A stretch of DNA of 64,000 nucleotides, taken from contig CM097885.1 in the NCBI GenBank assembly GCA_044892525.1, forward strand, positions 20,214,001 through 20,278,000. The letters run 5' to 3'. A program made the position numbers and the translations under genes. Below are positions 50,101 through 61,771 of this stretch, piece after piece. Source of the DNA: Schmidtea polychroa (Eukaryota). The notes under the pieces were generated by a model. That model made no database searches. It was given only the letters and a program-made list of their open reading frames with translations, and was not told where the DNA came from. The first letter of the stretch is position 1, and every line of letters begins with the position of its first letter.

Positions 50101-50314
50101 TTTTAATAATAATAATAAGAATAATAATGATAATAATTATAAAGTTATGATTTCCTAGTAGTAGCATTAATTAAATGTAAATGATAGGGGTTGATTATCA
50201 ATTATCAATTGATAAGAATTATTTTTACAATCGAAAATTATTTCATTTTATTAAATATATACTTTGTAATAGAAGGCTGATTTTATCATTTACTTGTTTA
50301 ATAATAACAATAAC

Positions 50315-50398
<84 letters not shown>

Positions 50399-51671
50399 TA
50401 ATAACAGATAAAAAAATAATTACAATAATTATTATTTGAGTTCTGAGTGATGTTTTATTTAAAACAAACCAAAGAATTACGTACTTGCATTTGAAGGAGT
50501 TTGCGAATAACAACAATTGCTTCAGCTACTATATTTTCTAAAAAAAAACAATAATAATGCAATAATAATTATAATAAATAATTGTATTTCCCCAAATTTT
50601 ATAGTTTGTTTTAATTAATCTTATTTAAACCGTTAACAGATTAAAATTTATTTCGAATCTTTTTATTTATTACTGAATACATGTACAATGCTTCCTGCAT
50701 ATTAGTTTTAATCTTGAAAAGGAAAATCTTTTAAAAACTTGGTAAACTGCTAGATGATTTCGAAAATTTGAGTAATGAATAAACCAACACGAAAATAATA
50801 ACCTTACCATCTTTTCGCGAAATTAATTGAACCAATCCTGATAGACAATTATCGGATACATCGGCTATATTACTGGCACAGCGGCCAATAGCTTGAATTG
50901 TAGCTGTAACAAATTCTTGATCAGTGTTACCAACATAGCTCTAATGAAATAGCTTTCATATTATCAACTCTGTCAACATATAAAAACCTGCAGTTCCCGA
51001 AGAATAACAGATATGTTATTTTCATTTGCCAGATTTGTCAATATTTCTAATTTTAATAATTTAACCTGAGTAGGTTCACTATTGTATACATAAAACGATT
51101 TTAAGTTTCCTTGGAATAGTTCAGGTTGATTAATTGACATTGTTGCAATATTATTCAGAACAACATATTGCACTTCTCTATATGAAGTTAAATATTGAAA
51201 TTGTAACAAAATCAGAGAAAATAATTACAATTTATTACTTTGTACCAATATAAAGTTTAAAGACAAAATATAAAAATACAATTGCATTTTTAAAAAATTT
51301 TAAGTTTATTAGTGAAAATTAAATTAATTTGTCACTGTAAAACATATTAACAATTGATGAAACAAAAATAGCAATGTAGTTGCGAAATAGTTCGAACTAT
51401 GCTTTCTAAATTTTTATAACTGAAAATTAAAAACAAAATATAAATGTTGAAATTATAAACTAACTTGTTACACTTTAAAAGTCTAATTAAAGACATAATA
51501 ACAACATTCATTTCCGATTTGGGGGCACAATGATAAAATAATTGCACCACACTCATAACCACCTAATAATTATATAATGAATTAATAAATAAATAATATT
51601 AATAATAAAAATAATAATATTAATAATAATAATTAATAATAATAATAATATTATTAATAATGATAATAAAA

Positions 51672-51738
<67 letters not shown>

Positions 51739-51940
51739 TTAATAGTCAATCCTGAATATGTAGTGTGAATCCAATGAAATGTTAAATTTTTGAAGTATCA
51801 TAAATATCATAACGTAATTATTTTATTTTATGGAATAATAATAATAAAATAGTATTAATATTTGGGGGCACAGTAATAAAATAATTGCACCACACTCATA
51901 ACCACCTAATAATTATATAATGAATTAATAAATAAATAAT

Positions 51941-52025
<85 letters not shown>

Positions 52026-52222
52026 TAAAATGATGATTTCTTGGTAGCAGCATTTATTATTTAAAACAATAAAATGATAATTTAAGCCTTTTGCTGCAAA
52101 TAATGTATTTAATGAAAGAATTTTCGACTATAAGATAGTCCTTGTCAATCTTATAGTCGAAAATTCTTTCATTAAATACATTATTTGCAGCAAAAGGCTT
52201 AAATTATCATTTTATTGTTTTA

Positions 52223-52286
<64 letters not shown>

Positions 52287-55200
52287 ATAATAATAATATT
52301 AATATTAATAATAATAATAATATTAATAATAAAAACAATATTATTAATAGTCAATCCTGAATATGTAGTGTGAATCCAATTAAATATTAAATTTTTGAAG
52401 TATCATAAATATCATTACGTCATTATTTTATTTTATGGAATAATAATAATACAATAGTATTGAAAACTATTCGAGATTTATAATTTATTGTCCACATTTT
52501 TATTTTTTGGGCTTCTAGATAAAAAGGTGGAAGGTTATACATTCCACAGGGAAAAATAATTAAGGAAATAAAATTATGTGAGGCCTGGTTGCTATTTTCG
52601 AAATTAAAATTGACCTTTCACGATAAAAAGGTTTACCATCACTGAATTAAACTATTAATTATAATTTCACAATTTCACAACCATTTGTTAGGGTTTGGTC
52701 AGTAGATAATCCAATAGTGATTACACAAATAAAATAAGAACTACAAATAAACATATAAATACTAAAAATAATAAATTGATAATATTAGTCATTCATAATA
52801 ACTAAAAATAGCGTAAGGGATTAAATATATAAATAAAGGGTCAAATTTTGAGGAAGTCAGTAAAGAAAATACATATAAATATATATAGAATAAAAAGCAA
52901 TTAAAGGTATTAACATTATAGTTGATTTACCTAGCAAGAAATTGACGAGAGGGTGTCAGTAAATTTTACTGCACTACCTGATTTCTTTGTTTGTTGTGAA
53001 TAAATTTCCAGTGAGTCAAACGATAGGATAGAGTTTTCAAAAAAATTTGGTTGTTCTTTTCGAAGATCTAGCTACGTGAAGTTGAACAAATTTATGGATA
53101 TTTTGAAAATCTGAGGCATTTATAGATAGGCATTAATTGACAGTTTAGAAAATGAATATAAAGAAAATTGAAAAAATATCAATGGTACAGATTATAGATT
53201 TTAATGATGTGAATTTATATTTTAAGAGAACAATCATAAAATTTTGCAAAGCAAAAGAATTTGAGGGTCAGATTGTACAAAACTATTATCTGTTGAAAAT
53301 TATCAATTAACAAAAATTTATTAAATATTTTCAAATAAATATTTCTTACAGCTGAATTTCGACTATGTAAGAGTGGTCGAGCACTTTGCAATAACAAACG
53401 ATGATCAGAATCCATTAGTTTTGGTTTAGATGAACTTTGCGGTTTGTCACCGTCAGAATCACTATTACTAGAATTATCTTCATCAGAATAGAATTTTTTA
53501 TCAACTTCTATTATTTCCTAGTTTTGAAAATAACCATAAAGATGTAGCTTTCAGAAATTATGTCCAATTAGAAATGATATAAAATACCAATCGTAATTAA
53601 ATACAATAAATTATATTATAAAACATATTTTGGTATACACGCCTTACACAGAAAATTTATTTTAAAAAAACAATAGAAAAAATCAAATTATTAAATAGTT
53701 TTATAGATTTATTTTAAATATTGTATTTAATAAAAAGCTTGACTATGAATCAGTAAAGATATCGATGTTTTTTTGATATTCATGAATTTTCGGCACTGCC
53801 TTTTTCAAGTGATTTTGATCATTTTAAATGATATTAAGATTTTAGATATTTCTTATATTATTTTGTAATTTAAATTAAAATTTTAGATAAATGTCCCTGA
53901 AATTTCATTTAGTTGAATGTTGATGGAGGGTTTATGCTTTTTGATAAAGAGTTTCTGCGGCTAAATCCTTGTAATGTATTTTTAACGCATCTTGTAATAT
54001 TTTGCATTTTTTTTCGTGTACGAGTGGTGCGTATTTGTTAACTTTTTCCCAGTGTTCGTGATAATAACTGGTTTTGTTTTTGATGTGTTCATTGAGTCTT
54101 GTTTGGAACGTTCTATTTGTTTCCCCTATGTATGTTGCGTCGCATCTTGTGCAAATGATTTGATATACAATGTTTTTTGAAAAGCAAAAACCTTTGGTAG
54201 AGGAGTGGCATAGACAATCTCGATGAAACAGGTTTGATGTTGGAGATTTTTGAGATTTCCGATGTTGTGATTTCAAAGGTGCAACGGTGATAAAAGTGGG
54301 GCGAATATGTACCGGTTAATTTTAAATAGTTAATTATGTGATTTATAGTTTTTCAATAAATAAATTTTTAATAATATTTCATTTATTTTCATTATGACTA
54401 TAGTAAAAATATAGAAATAAAGCGCAATTCAAAAATATTAATATTATTAAAAAATATTTTTGAATATTCCTTAATTATAATTTTTTAATATTATGTTTAT
54501 TTACAATTATTTAATACGAATGAAATGTAACACACCACAATAGGAAATTAATAGATATGGAAAATTGCAGATACTGAATATGGAATACTAATTTATTTTT
54601 GTTCGATTATGAAAAATGAAATAATTGAGATTAAAATGTATATACATTTTTATATAGGAATTTAAAAGGACAAAGCTTAAAATAATGTCAAAAGTGGTTT
54701 CTTTGAGAAATGAATAAAACTAAAAGACAACAGCCTCAAATAAAAGACATTAATTAAATTAAATTATTTGTTCTGTGTAACACAACTTTTCGGCATTGGC
54801 TTTATCAATCTAAAAATTACTTATTGAAATAAGTTTAAAATAAATCTAAAGCCTAATAATTCTACAAAAGTAATATTTCTTATCGTAATTCTCAGACTAT
54901 ACAATTCTCTTAATTAAAAATTTGATGGTTTCTTAGTAGAAGCATAAATTAAATATTAAACTAAAAAATGATAAAGTAAGATCTTAATTGCAAGTCCTTT
55001 CATGCAAAAATGTTCGATTCTAAAATAATTCTTTAACCGTTACGCTGCTGAAGTCGTTTGAAAAGACACACTACGTATCAATTTATTGACTCTCCGCAGT
55101 CTAACGGTTAACCGTTAATTGGTGAATTATGAGTTTATGTCGCGTCTGTGTGCGTTTTTTTGCTTTTGACATTGGATTGAGTTGTATGCGCACACAGACG

Positions 55201-58046
55201 CGATCAGTGTAATATTTTGGAATTTTGTAACTTGTGAGTTTTTTATTTAAATGGAATTAAATTGATTTGTTTTTTAGAATTTTTAATTGCTCGAATTTGT
55301 TTAAAAAAGTGAAATTTGGAGTTTTTATCAGTTTGTTCAAATTTTGGATTTTTATATCAGGTTTTAAATATTGTGAGTTTCTGGAAGTTTGAAAATAAAG
55401 ATTTTTTGTTGATTGGTTTAATTAATTTCAAAATGGAAAAGGATATTATGATTGTATGGAGTTTAGAAGATGGCAAACAGAGTGATATATTATATGGACA
55501 TTCAGAATCAATAACGAAATTAATCAACGAAACTAACTCATTCCTTGTAAGTGTGGATTTATGTGATTATGTAATCGTATGGAAATTAAATCTTGATCAA
55601 ATGAAGTTGAATAAATTCAAATCAGTTGAAGGTTCAGAAATGATTGACTTTAAGCGGATAGTTGATCCATTATCCAAATATGAACTTCTATATATTCGAA
55701 CAATAAAACTGGAACAGGCATATGGAAATTTGGCTTGACTTTATCCCCGAACATGAGTTATTATTATATGAGGAATCAAGTCAAAGGCTTTTAGCTGATG
55801 CTTCGAAAGAAGATGATGCTCAATACAAGAGCGAGTTTATCAGAGCCAACATGTTCCGTTCGACATTTAAACAGTTAATAATTAAAACATACATTTGGTT
55901 CTGGAAATAATGCATCATACTGAAGAATTCTAAGCTCTGATAATTTTACATTGTATGAATAAATTTCTATATGCTTAGATAGTATGCTGTTAGTGTTTTC
56001 TTAAATCCTGAATATGGGTATGCAAGTAAAGCGACTGCAAATTAAACCCAAGACCAAGAGGCTCCTAACTGTTACATTCTTTATATAACACACATAATTA
56101 CTCATAATTTTATTTTAAACTATTTTCTCAACATTTTCGCCTTGTCAGTATATTAATTAGTCCATTAAATGATTTATACCAAATTTATGGCTTACGGACT
56201 AATTTCCGCATACCAAAAACCAATTAACAAACATTCAAACTTTTTATTTTTATCATTGTATAACTTGAAAATTCCAAACAAAACCCATAAATTATGATTT
56301 TTATATTAAATTAAAGATATTTTTAAAATGCGATTATCAAAAAATGGAGTTAGCCATCTATGGTGTTTACATTTTTTAATATTTATATTGAAATGTTATA
56401 TTATTGCTGTCTTAGTTTTGAACTGGTAATGATGTTATTATTAATTTTTTCAAATTTTTTATATGATCATTATAAATAAAAATATAAAATTAAAATTTAT
56501 TAAAAGCTTGAAAACATCGATATATTTACTGATTCATAGTCTTCAAGCTTTCTAATAAATATAATGGAAAAGAAATCAGTGGTGAAATTTGAAAATGTTC
56601 TTATAATAAAATTTAATATTATAAGATTATTTTCAAATTTCGCCACTGATTTCTATTCAATTGACTTTGTATTTAATAAAAAACTTGACTATGAATCAAT
56701 AAATATATCGCTGTTTTTTATTCATATTATTCATATTCTTAATTTCAAAAAAACATCGATATATTTACTTAGAGCTTTTTTTCTGACGGAACGCTCCGGA
56801 ACGGTGTTCCGGCATCTTTTTTCGCTGAATGATTTTAAAAAATTGACATGTTTTGGTTTTTTGTCGTATTTCTATTTCTGACATTTCAAATAGTCAATTA
56901 CAATCAAATTAAAAGTAGTAGTCATACGCCAAAGCGAGTGAATCATAACTCCATGCTTCCTATGTGTTATTACTATTATATAAAACACACTCACGGTAAA
57001 TATACGCGATTAAAATCGTTTCCTGTCGTCGGCATTGTAAATACACATTGTAAAATAATCAATTTCAGTGTCATTTTTTTACACATAAAGGATAGTACAG
57101 ATATGTTCCGCACCTTTTTTTCCAGAAAAAAGGCACTGTATTTACTGATCCATAGTCAAGTTTTTTAATAAATAAAATACCTGTTTCGACCAGTCAGATG
57201 GAGGAATAACTTCTCCATCTAACTGGCTGCAATTTCGAGTTCACGCCTGTGTGCACACACACACGGACAATGTGTTTTTAATGGAATTATTTTTGGAATA
57301 TATTGGTATTCGGTTTGTCTTTGTTTAAATATGCAAAAAATATATCAACACGGGTTTTTATGTTTGAATTTGATAATGAAGACGAAGGAGATCGGATGTT
57401 GAAAAGAAAGTATATAACTGAATTAATGGAACAAGGAGAGAGTAAGTTGTATGATTCTAAAGGTTCTGAAGAAACAGATATTTTTTTTAGTGAAGGATAT
57501 CAATCACTACTTAAAGAATGTGGCTTGTCCCTACCTTTTGATTATGACACCGGTGATGTTGAGGAATCTAATTCAATGAAATTTTCAAATTAGCTGTTCA
57601 ATGTCTACAATGCTGCTAATCGAAACAAACGTTATGGAATTGCGCTCAATGAATATTTACGAGGATTGGATATATTATATGCTGTCGATAGAGACTGATG
57701 ACGAGGAGAAAATTCGAGGGGTCATGTTGTGAAATTATATTTGAATATAGCTCATTGTGATTTAAAATTAAACAGGGGACCATCTGCAATTAAATGTTGC
57801 AATACAGTGCTTGCTAAGCAGTTGGTGAATGCAAAAGGCCTTTATCGAAAAGGAAAGGGTCTGATGGTTATTGAAGAATTTGAAGCTGGTATTTCAAAAA
57901 TGTCAAATTCGAGAACATACTTTGTTGGCTTATACACTTGGAGTCAAGCAAATGATATTTGATGCAAATAAAACCTTGATTTTTAGTTTAATTAGATTTT
58001 ATTTGTTCAATACCATTAAATTGATAAAAATGCAATAAGAAAATCA

Positions 58047-58117
<71 letters not shown>

Positions 58118-58888
58118 TTAGCATATATAATAACTAAAAAAATTTATCCATTATAAAAGAAAAACCTCAAATATATAAATGGCAATTATTAAATTGATAA
58201 AAATGCAATAAATAAGAAAATTAAATAAACACATTTATAATAAAAACAAATTTAACAATACATCTTATTTCGAGGGCCCAAATTATGGGCTATAACTCTC
58301 TAGGACTCCACAATATCTCTATTTTTAATCACTATTTTTATAATCTAATTCTTTCATTATCTTAAGTATTCAAAATTTTTATTTACATTATTGTACAACT
58401 TGAAAAATTAAAACCAAACTTCAAATAAATATTTTAATAGTTTTTCATATTGAATAAAAATTTTAATTATTTGATGATGATGAGAAAACACGCGTAGGAT
58501 GTTAAGAATTTCTTAAGAATCTGTTAAGAATCTGTAGTATTGGGTAAAAATTTGTCATAGAATTTAAATTATATGACAACACTTATAAACTTACGACTGA
58601 ATTTGGATCCACAAATTGCGTTCTTGCATACCTTGTCAACATGTTTATGATAACCACTTGACCCCATTCCTCTACATCGATCAATAAAGAACATAACTTT
58701 CGATAGTGCCTAAACATTTTGTTCATTTCGATTCAATTATCACACAATTCTACTTGTGTATTAAATCTAATCGTTCAGGACAAACTTCTTCAAAAGCTTG
58801 AATTGCACTTCCAGCAACTAATGTTGTTTTATCTGCAAGTAATTTTTCAATCACTTCTATTAGTTGCTCCTTAGAACCAGCATCAAGA
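27607..58888 (-). CDS. AP3B1: AP-3 complex subunit beta; 18 exons visible, 5' exons not found in window
   Basis: Exons 58888-58754, 58709-58595, 53517-53350, 51562-51465, 51177-50988, 50940-50808, 50537-50485, 40575-40387, 40342-40196, 40166(or 40148)-40025, 39980-39703, 39653-39578, 38520-38300, 33693-33603, 32280-32153, 32100-31869, 31825-31583 and 27947-27607 join in frame. Beta-3 motifs present: [41 protein letters not shown], acidic Ser-rich hinge, [13 protein letters not shown]. Confidence 0.93.
28883..29530. mobile_element. hAT-type MITE
   Basis: TIR CAGAGGCGTAAC / GTTACGCCACTG; 8-bp flanks AGTGTCTT / ATTGTCTT. Confidence 0.8.
31583..32280 (-). CDS. AP3B1: AP-3 beta, three exons (hinge and ear)
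   Basis: [42 protein letters not shown] introns. Confidence 0.85.
32330..33039 (+). mobile_element. Internally deleted Merlin (IS1595/ISXO2-like) transposon
   Basis: Perfect 8-bp duplication AAATTAAA; GG...CC imperfect TIRs; remnant [23 protein letters not shown] at ~32754-32823. Confidence 0.8.
33603..33693 (-). CDS. AP3B1: AP-3 beta hinge exon with clathrin-box-like LLLDFD
   Basis: [30 protein letters not shown] between TTTAG and GTAATT. Confidence 0.85.
33781..36324 (-). mobile_element. Full-length pogo/Tigger DNA transposon
   Basis: TA duplication; ~26-bp TIR CAGTAATACCCCG...TTACGTACACT at both ends. Confidence 0.95.
34119..35934 (-). pseudogene. Tigger/CENP-B-like transposase, frameshifted
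   Basis: [14 protein letters not shown]; catalytic motifs [17 protein letters not shown] and LQPMDQ; split over several frames. Confidence 0.92.
36600..36636 (+). other. Planarian spliced-leader exon relic
   Basis: TAGACACTCTTATTGAAATCTATATAAATCTTATATG matches the Schmidtea SL as I recall it (…TAGACGGTCTTATCGAAATCTATATAAATCTTATATG) at 34/37; no GT donor follows. Confidence 0.75.
36859..37385. repeat. Complex tandem repeat: three copies of a ~132-bp unit, two with a ~66-bp extension
   Basis: AGAGATTTAAATT(C/T)TATCTA... at 36859, 36991 and 37189. Confidence 0.9.
38300..38520 (-). CDS. AP3B1: AP-3 beta hinge exon
   Basis: K/S/D-rich open frame between CTAG and GTAAAT, in phase with its neighbours. 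Confidence 0.8.
38640..39540. repeat. ~900-bp compound (AAT)n/AAAT microsatellite
   Basis: Read directly. Confidence 0.95.
39578..40575 (-). CDS. AP3B1: AP-3 beta, five exons (trunk end and hinge)
   Basis: [60 protein letters not shown]. Confidence 0.92.
41077..44093 (-). mobile_element. Full-length hAT (Buster/Charlie/SPIN-like) transposon
   Basis: Perfect 8-bp duplication CTGTAAAG; TIR CAGCGGTGTCCAACA / TGTTGGACATCACTG. Confidence 0.95.
41250..43172 (-). pseudogene. hAT transposase (GTF2IRD2/Buster-like) with two frameshifts
   Basis: BED-like Cxx[29 protein letters not shown] and [12 protein letters not shown] spread over three ORFs. Confidence 0.92.
44784..44917 (+). mobile_element. Possible 134-bp solo LTR
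   Basis: TGTA...TACA ends; internal TATATAAA then AATAAA; flanks TATAC / CATAC. Confidence 0.35.
46878..46922 (-). ncRNA. Minimal type I hammerhead ribozyme motif (Penelope-associated), slightly decayed
   Basis: ttctac CTGATGA t gaaag-taaaa-ctgtc GAAA tata TC gtaaaa; ~650 bp downstream of a GIY-YIG remnant on the same strand. Confidence 0.6.
47183..47514. mobile_element. MITE-like insertion in a (TA)n tract
   Basis: CA...TG ends with weak inverted similarity, GCGCCCC subterminal motifs, (TA)n on both sides. Confidence 0.55.
47560..48076 (-). pseudogene. Penelope-like element, GIY-YIG endonuclease remnant
   Basis: LPY motif and [22 protein letters not shown], then stop and REH. Confidence 0.8.
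48681..49426. mobile_element. Unclassified element with ~90-bp imperfect terminal inverted repeats
   Basis: TATTTTACCTTACTAAGTGTTTC versus GAAACACTTAGTAAGGTAAAATA, plus matching ATGGGACTG / CAGTCCCAT. Confidence 0.6.
50485..51562 (-). CDS. AP3B1: AP-3 beta, four trunk exons
   Basis: [61 protein letters not shown]. Confidence 0.93.
51519..52461. repeat. Local tandem duplication that includes the 5' half of an AP-3 beta exon
   Basis: 51519-51620 is repeated at 51861-51960, and 51740-51856 at 52345-52461. Confidence 0.85.
52054..52230. repeat. Perfect 83-bp inverted repeat with 11-nt spacer
   Basis: Arms 52054-52136 and 52148-52230 are exact reverse complements. Confidence 0.9.
53350..53517 (-). 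CDS. AP3B1: AP-3 beta exon
   Basis: KFYSDED...[22 protein letters not shown]. Confidence 0.92.
53778..53814 (-). ncRNA. Candidate minimal hammerhead with U3-A8 core variant
   Basis: aatcac TTGAAAA a ggc-agt-gcc GAAA at TC atgaat, ~120 bp downstream of the GIY-YIG ORF; related copy at 54781-54812. Confidence 0.4.
53900..54290 (-). pseudogene. Penelope-like element, GIY-YIG endonuclease remnant
   Basis: [30 protein letters not shown]. Confidence 0.88.
55037..55107. mobile_element. 71-bp piggyBac-type mini element
   Basis: TTAA flanks; TIR CCGTTACGCTGC / GCAGTCTAACGG. Confidence 0.55.
55433..56040 (+). pseudogene. Intronless decayed coding fragment: WD40-like repeat followed by unidentified (possibly FKBP-like) pieces
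   Basis: [24 protein letters not shown]...[16 protein letters not shown]; frameshifts and stops downstream; FLNPEYGY near 56000. Confidence 0.45.
56770..57138. mobile_element. hAT-type MITE
   Basis: Perfect 8-bp duplication TATTTACT; TIR TAGAGCTTTTTT / AAAAAAGGCACTG; it interrupts a repeat seen intact at 56515-56545. Confidence 0.85.
57360..57962 (+). pseudogene. Intronless TPR-immunophilin (FKBP6/Shutdown-like) pseudogene fragment
   Basis: [36 protein letters not shown]...AIKCCNTVL...[10 protein letters not shown], with stops and frameshifts. Confidence 0.65.
58595..58888 (-). CDS. AP3B1: AP-3 beta, the two most 5' exons seen
   Basis: [37 protein letters not shown] | [32 protein letters not shown]; 44-nt intron. 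Confidence 0.95.
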
Positions 58889-59592
58889 CTTAAAATAAAC
58901 TCTGATTTTAGAATTTTTATTATATATATATATATATATATTGCAAATTTAAATGAATCGTTGGTGTGGAGTTAGAAAGATAGCATCAAGCCATTTTATT
59001 ATTTATAATTTGAGCCATAAACCTTGTAAACCTACATTAATGAACCAATCAACAGTCACTAAAGTAAAATTGTATTATTTTTTACTTAATATTAAACAAT
59101 TATATCAAATAGTTTTTGTTTCGTACATTATGTAATATTTCGATTCTTTTGGCCTTTATTGAAACTATTTTAGTTTTCGAAGAAATTAGTTCAATAAAAT
59201 AAATTTTGGCAAAAGAAATTTTATTATGTATAATTGAAAATACAGAAGTATAAATAGACCAAGAATTGGAAATGACTGATTTATAATGATCAGTAAAATA
59301 TATTAGGAATGAAGGTTAAGGCATTCCAGAATGTTTAGAAAACATTGAGATCCGGAAGTTAGCATTTTTTAAATTTTCATGTTGAATATTATATTTAGGT
59401 TTATGCATAAGTAACGTCGTATTTTTTAAGAAAACAAAAGTTAATATTTTCATATAAATTTTATTAAATTAGTCAATTACATAATTTCTCCTATCGTTCT
59501 GTCAACTTTTTAATCCCTTTAGAATAAAATATTTCAGATTTCAACACGAAGAACGTGTCAAGTGCTGTTTTTACTTTCGCTGTTGTATTTAA

Positions 59593-60008
59593 AAGTAGAT
59601 GGATTGGGCACCGCAAAGCCAGAACTCCACAAGACCACCCCCACCTCCGTTAGAAAAGTTTTTTTGAACTTAATATTATTATTATTTCATTTACAAAGTT
59701 ATTATTATTATCATTCGTTTTCAAGCAATTAAAATCCAATTTACAATAAAAATAGCAATATTTTACAGTTAACAAGTGTCTTCTGATATTAAACCGTTTT
59801 CCAGTGTTACTATGTAAAGTATACAGTCCCACTATCATCGTAATAACTCACAACTTCTAAATTTTAACTGCTACATTTGACTAAATAATTTATATTTAAT
59901 AAATATTTCACCCAAACAATTATTTACGCTTTCTTTTTCAAGCAATTAAAATCCAATTTACAATAAAAATAGCAGTATTTTGCGATCAACAGGCGCCTTC
60001 TGATATAA

Positions 60009-60102
<94 letters not shown>

Positions 60103-60499
60103 ATTATTTTCAATCTATATATAAATAGCAAAACATTAAATTTATTTGACACCAATGCAAAAAAAATATCTACACATTATTAGGATTCTCACCTGATAAA
60201 ATATTAACATAGGTTGGTAAATTACTAAATATCTCCATAAATTTTATTTAAGAAATTATGCACTCAAGATTATCTATCTTCAATTTGTTTGCTATTTAAA
60301 CAAATTTTAATATTCCTTTCAAAATATTTTTAAAATTTAGAACATTTTCTAATTAAAACTTTTAGAATCTTTCAGCTTTCTCATACACATAAAATAAGCG
60401 TTCGCGAATTGAAAAAAAAGTTCAAAAAACCTCTTCTAACCGGCTGGGAGGGGGTGGTCTTGCGGAGTCCTGGTTTCGTGGTGCCCAATTCATCTACTT
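59593..60499. mobile_element. MITE with ~80-bp TIRs and TTAA flanks (Kolobok-like ends)
   Basis: TTAA-AAGTAGATGGATTGGGCACC...GGTGCCCAATTCATCTACTT-TTAA. Confidence 0.75.
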
Positions 60500-61349
60500 T
60501 TAAATAATTTTTTAAAGATAAAAATAAAAGGAAATCAGAAGTAGCTAAGTCAAGAGAATAAGGTGGATGATTTAAAAATTAGAACTAAAAATTATATAGT
60601 TTGGTTAAATATATATTTAATTAATTTATTTTGTAAAGAGAATCAATCAATAGCATCTTATTATCTATAAGATTATAAAAACACTGCTTTAAAACATTCT
60701 GATTTAGCTCCATTAATTTGTGCTGCGTCATAATTGCAGAATGTGGCTGTGCATTATCGTGGCGAAAGTTGACACCTTTGCGATTGATTAGTTCTGGTCG
60801 CTTTTTAACGAGTGCTGAGCTTAATATTTGTAGCTGTTCACAATATCTCTAGATTTCAATAACTCGTAATAAATAATGCCCTTCATATCCCATTAAACAC
60901 AAAGTATTATTTTTTTGATAAATTTCTGCCTTTGGAGCGTGCAAATGAATTTGTCCCGGCTTGGCCGAGTGTCGCTTTCTGGATTTCATTGTTATAGACA
61001 TCCCATTTTTCATCTACTGTCACTAGTCGATGCAAAAAAGGTCTATGCTTTTGTCTCGCACGCAAAGAAACACATGTGGTAACTCGGTCCACCTCTGCCG
61101 TACATATCACATATGTTTTTCGTTGCCACAGTTGCATTATGGGCTTCATCGAATTCAAAAAATAAACAGTGTCGAATATGCGTTTACTTCTCAAAAGGTT
61201 TAAAAATTCACAAGGGCTCTGTATAACTCAACCGCTAACGATAAACTGAAAAAAATGTTTTACAAACCCTGCTTTATATAATGCAAAGACAATATTAATA
61301 ACAGATGTTTTGGTGAAAAGAATATATTATGGTATATGTAAAAATACGA

Positions 61350-61771
61350 TCCACTAATAGGGAACGTGAGCTGGGTTTAGACCATCGTGAGACAGGTTAG
61401 TTTTAACCTACTATATAATTTGTCATGATAAAAGTAATTCTTCTCAGTACGAGAGGAACCGCAGATTCGGATCACTGGTAAATGTGCTTGATCGAAAGGT
61501 CAGTGGTACGAAGCTACCATCCGAGAGATTAAGACTGAACGCCTCTAAGTCCGAATCTCGCCTAAAAATCATGATATTTTGTGCCATCCTCGTAATGAGG
61601 CAATGTTATCATTCATTATAGTCATATATTTAAACTCTAACCATTCTAAGAAAATAGTTTGAATGTTTGAATCATTTTTAATGATTTACGTGTTGGCATT
61701 AAATCGTTTGTAGACGACTTACTTTACGGTCGGGGAAGCGTAAGAATTCGAGTTGTGTAAACTGCGAGATT
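61350..61771 (+). rRNA. 28S rRNA 3'-region fragment (pseudogenic insertion)
   Basis: CCACTAATAGGGAACGTGAGCTGGGTTTAGACC, sarcin-ricin loop AGTACGAGAGGAAC and GACTGAACGCCTCTAAG; flanked by a 23-bp direct repeat. Confidence 0.95.

Noticed and set aside
61350..61771. Functional rDNA unit
   Set aside because: Only a 422-bp piece with substitutions, bounded by a duplication inside a transposon.
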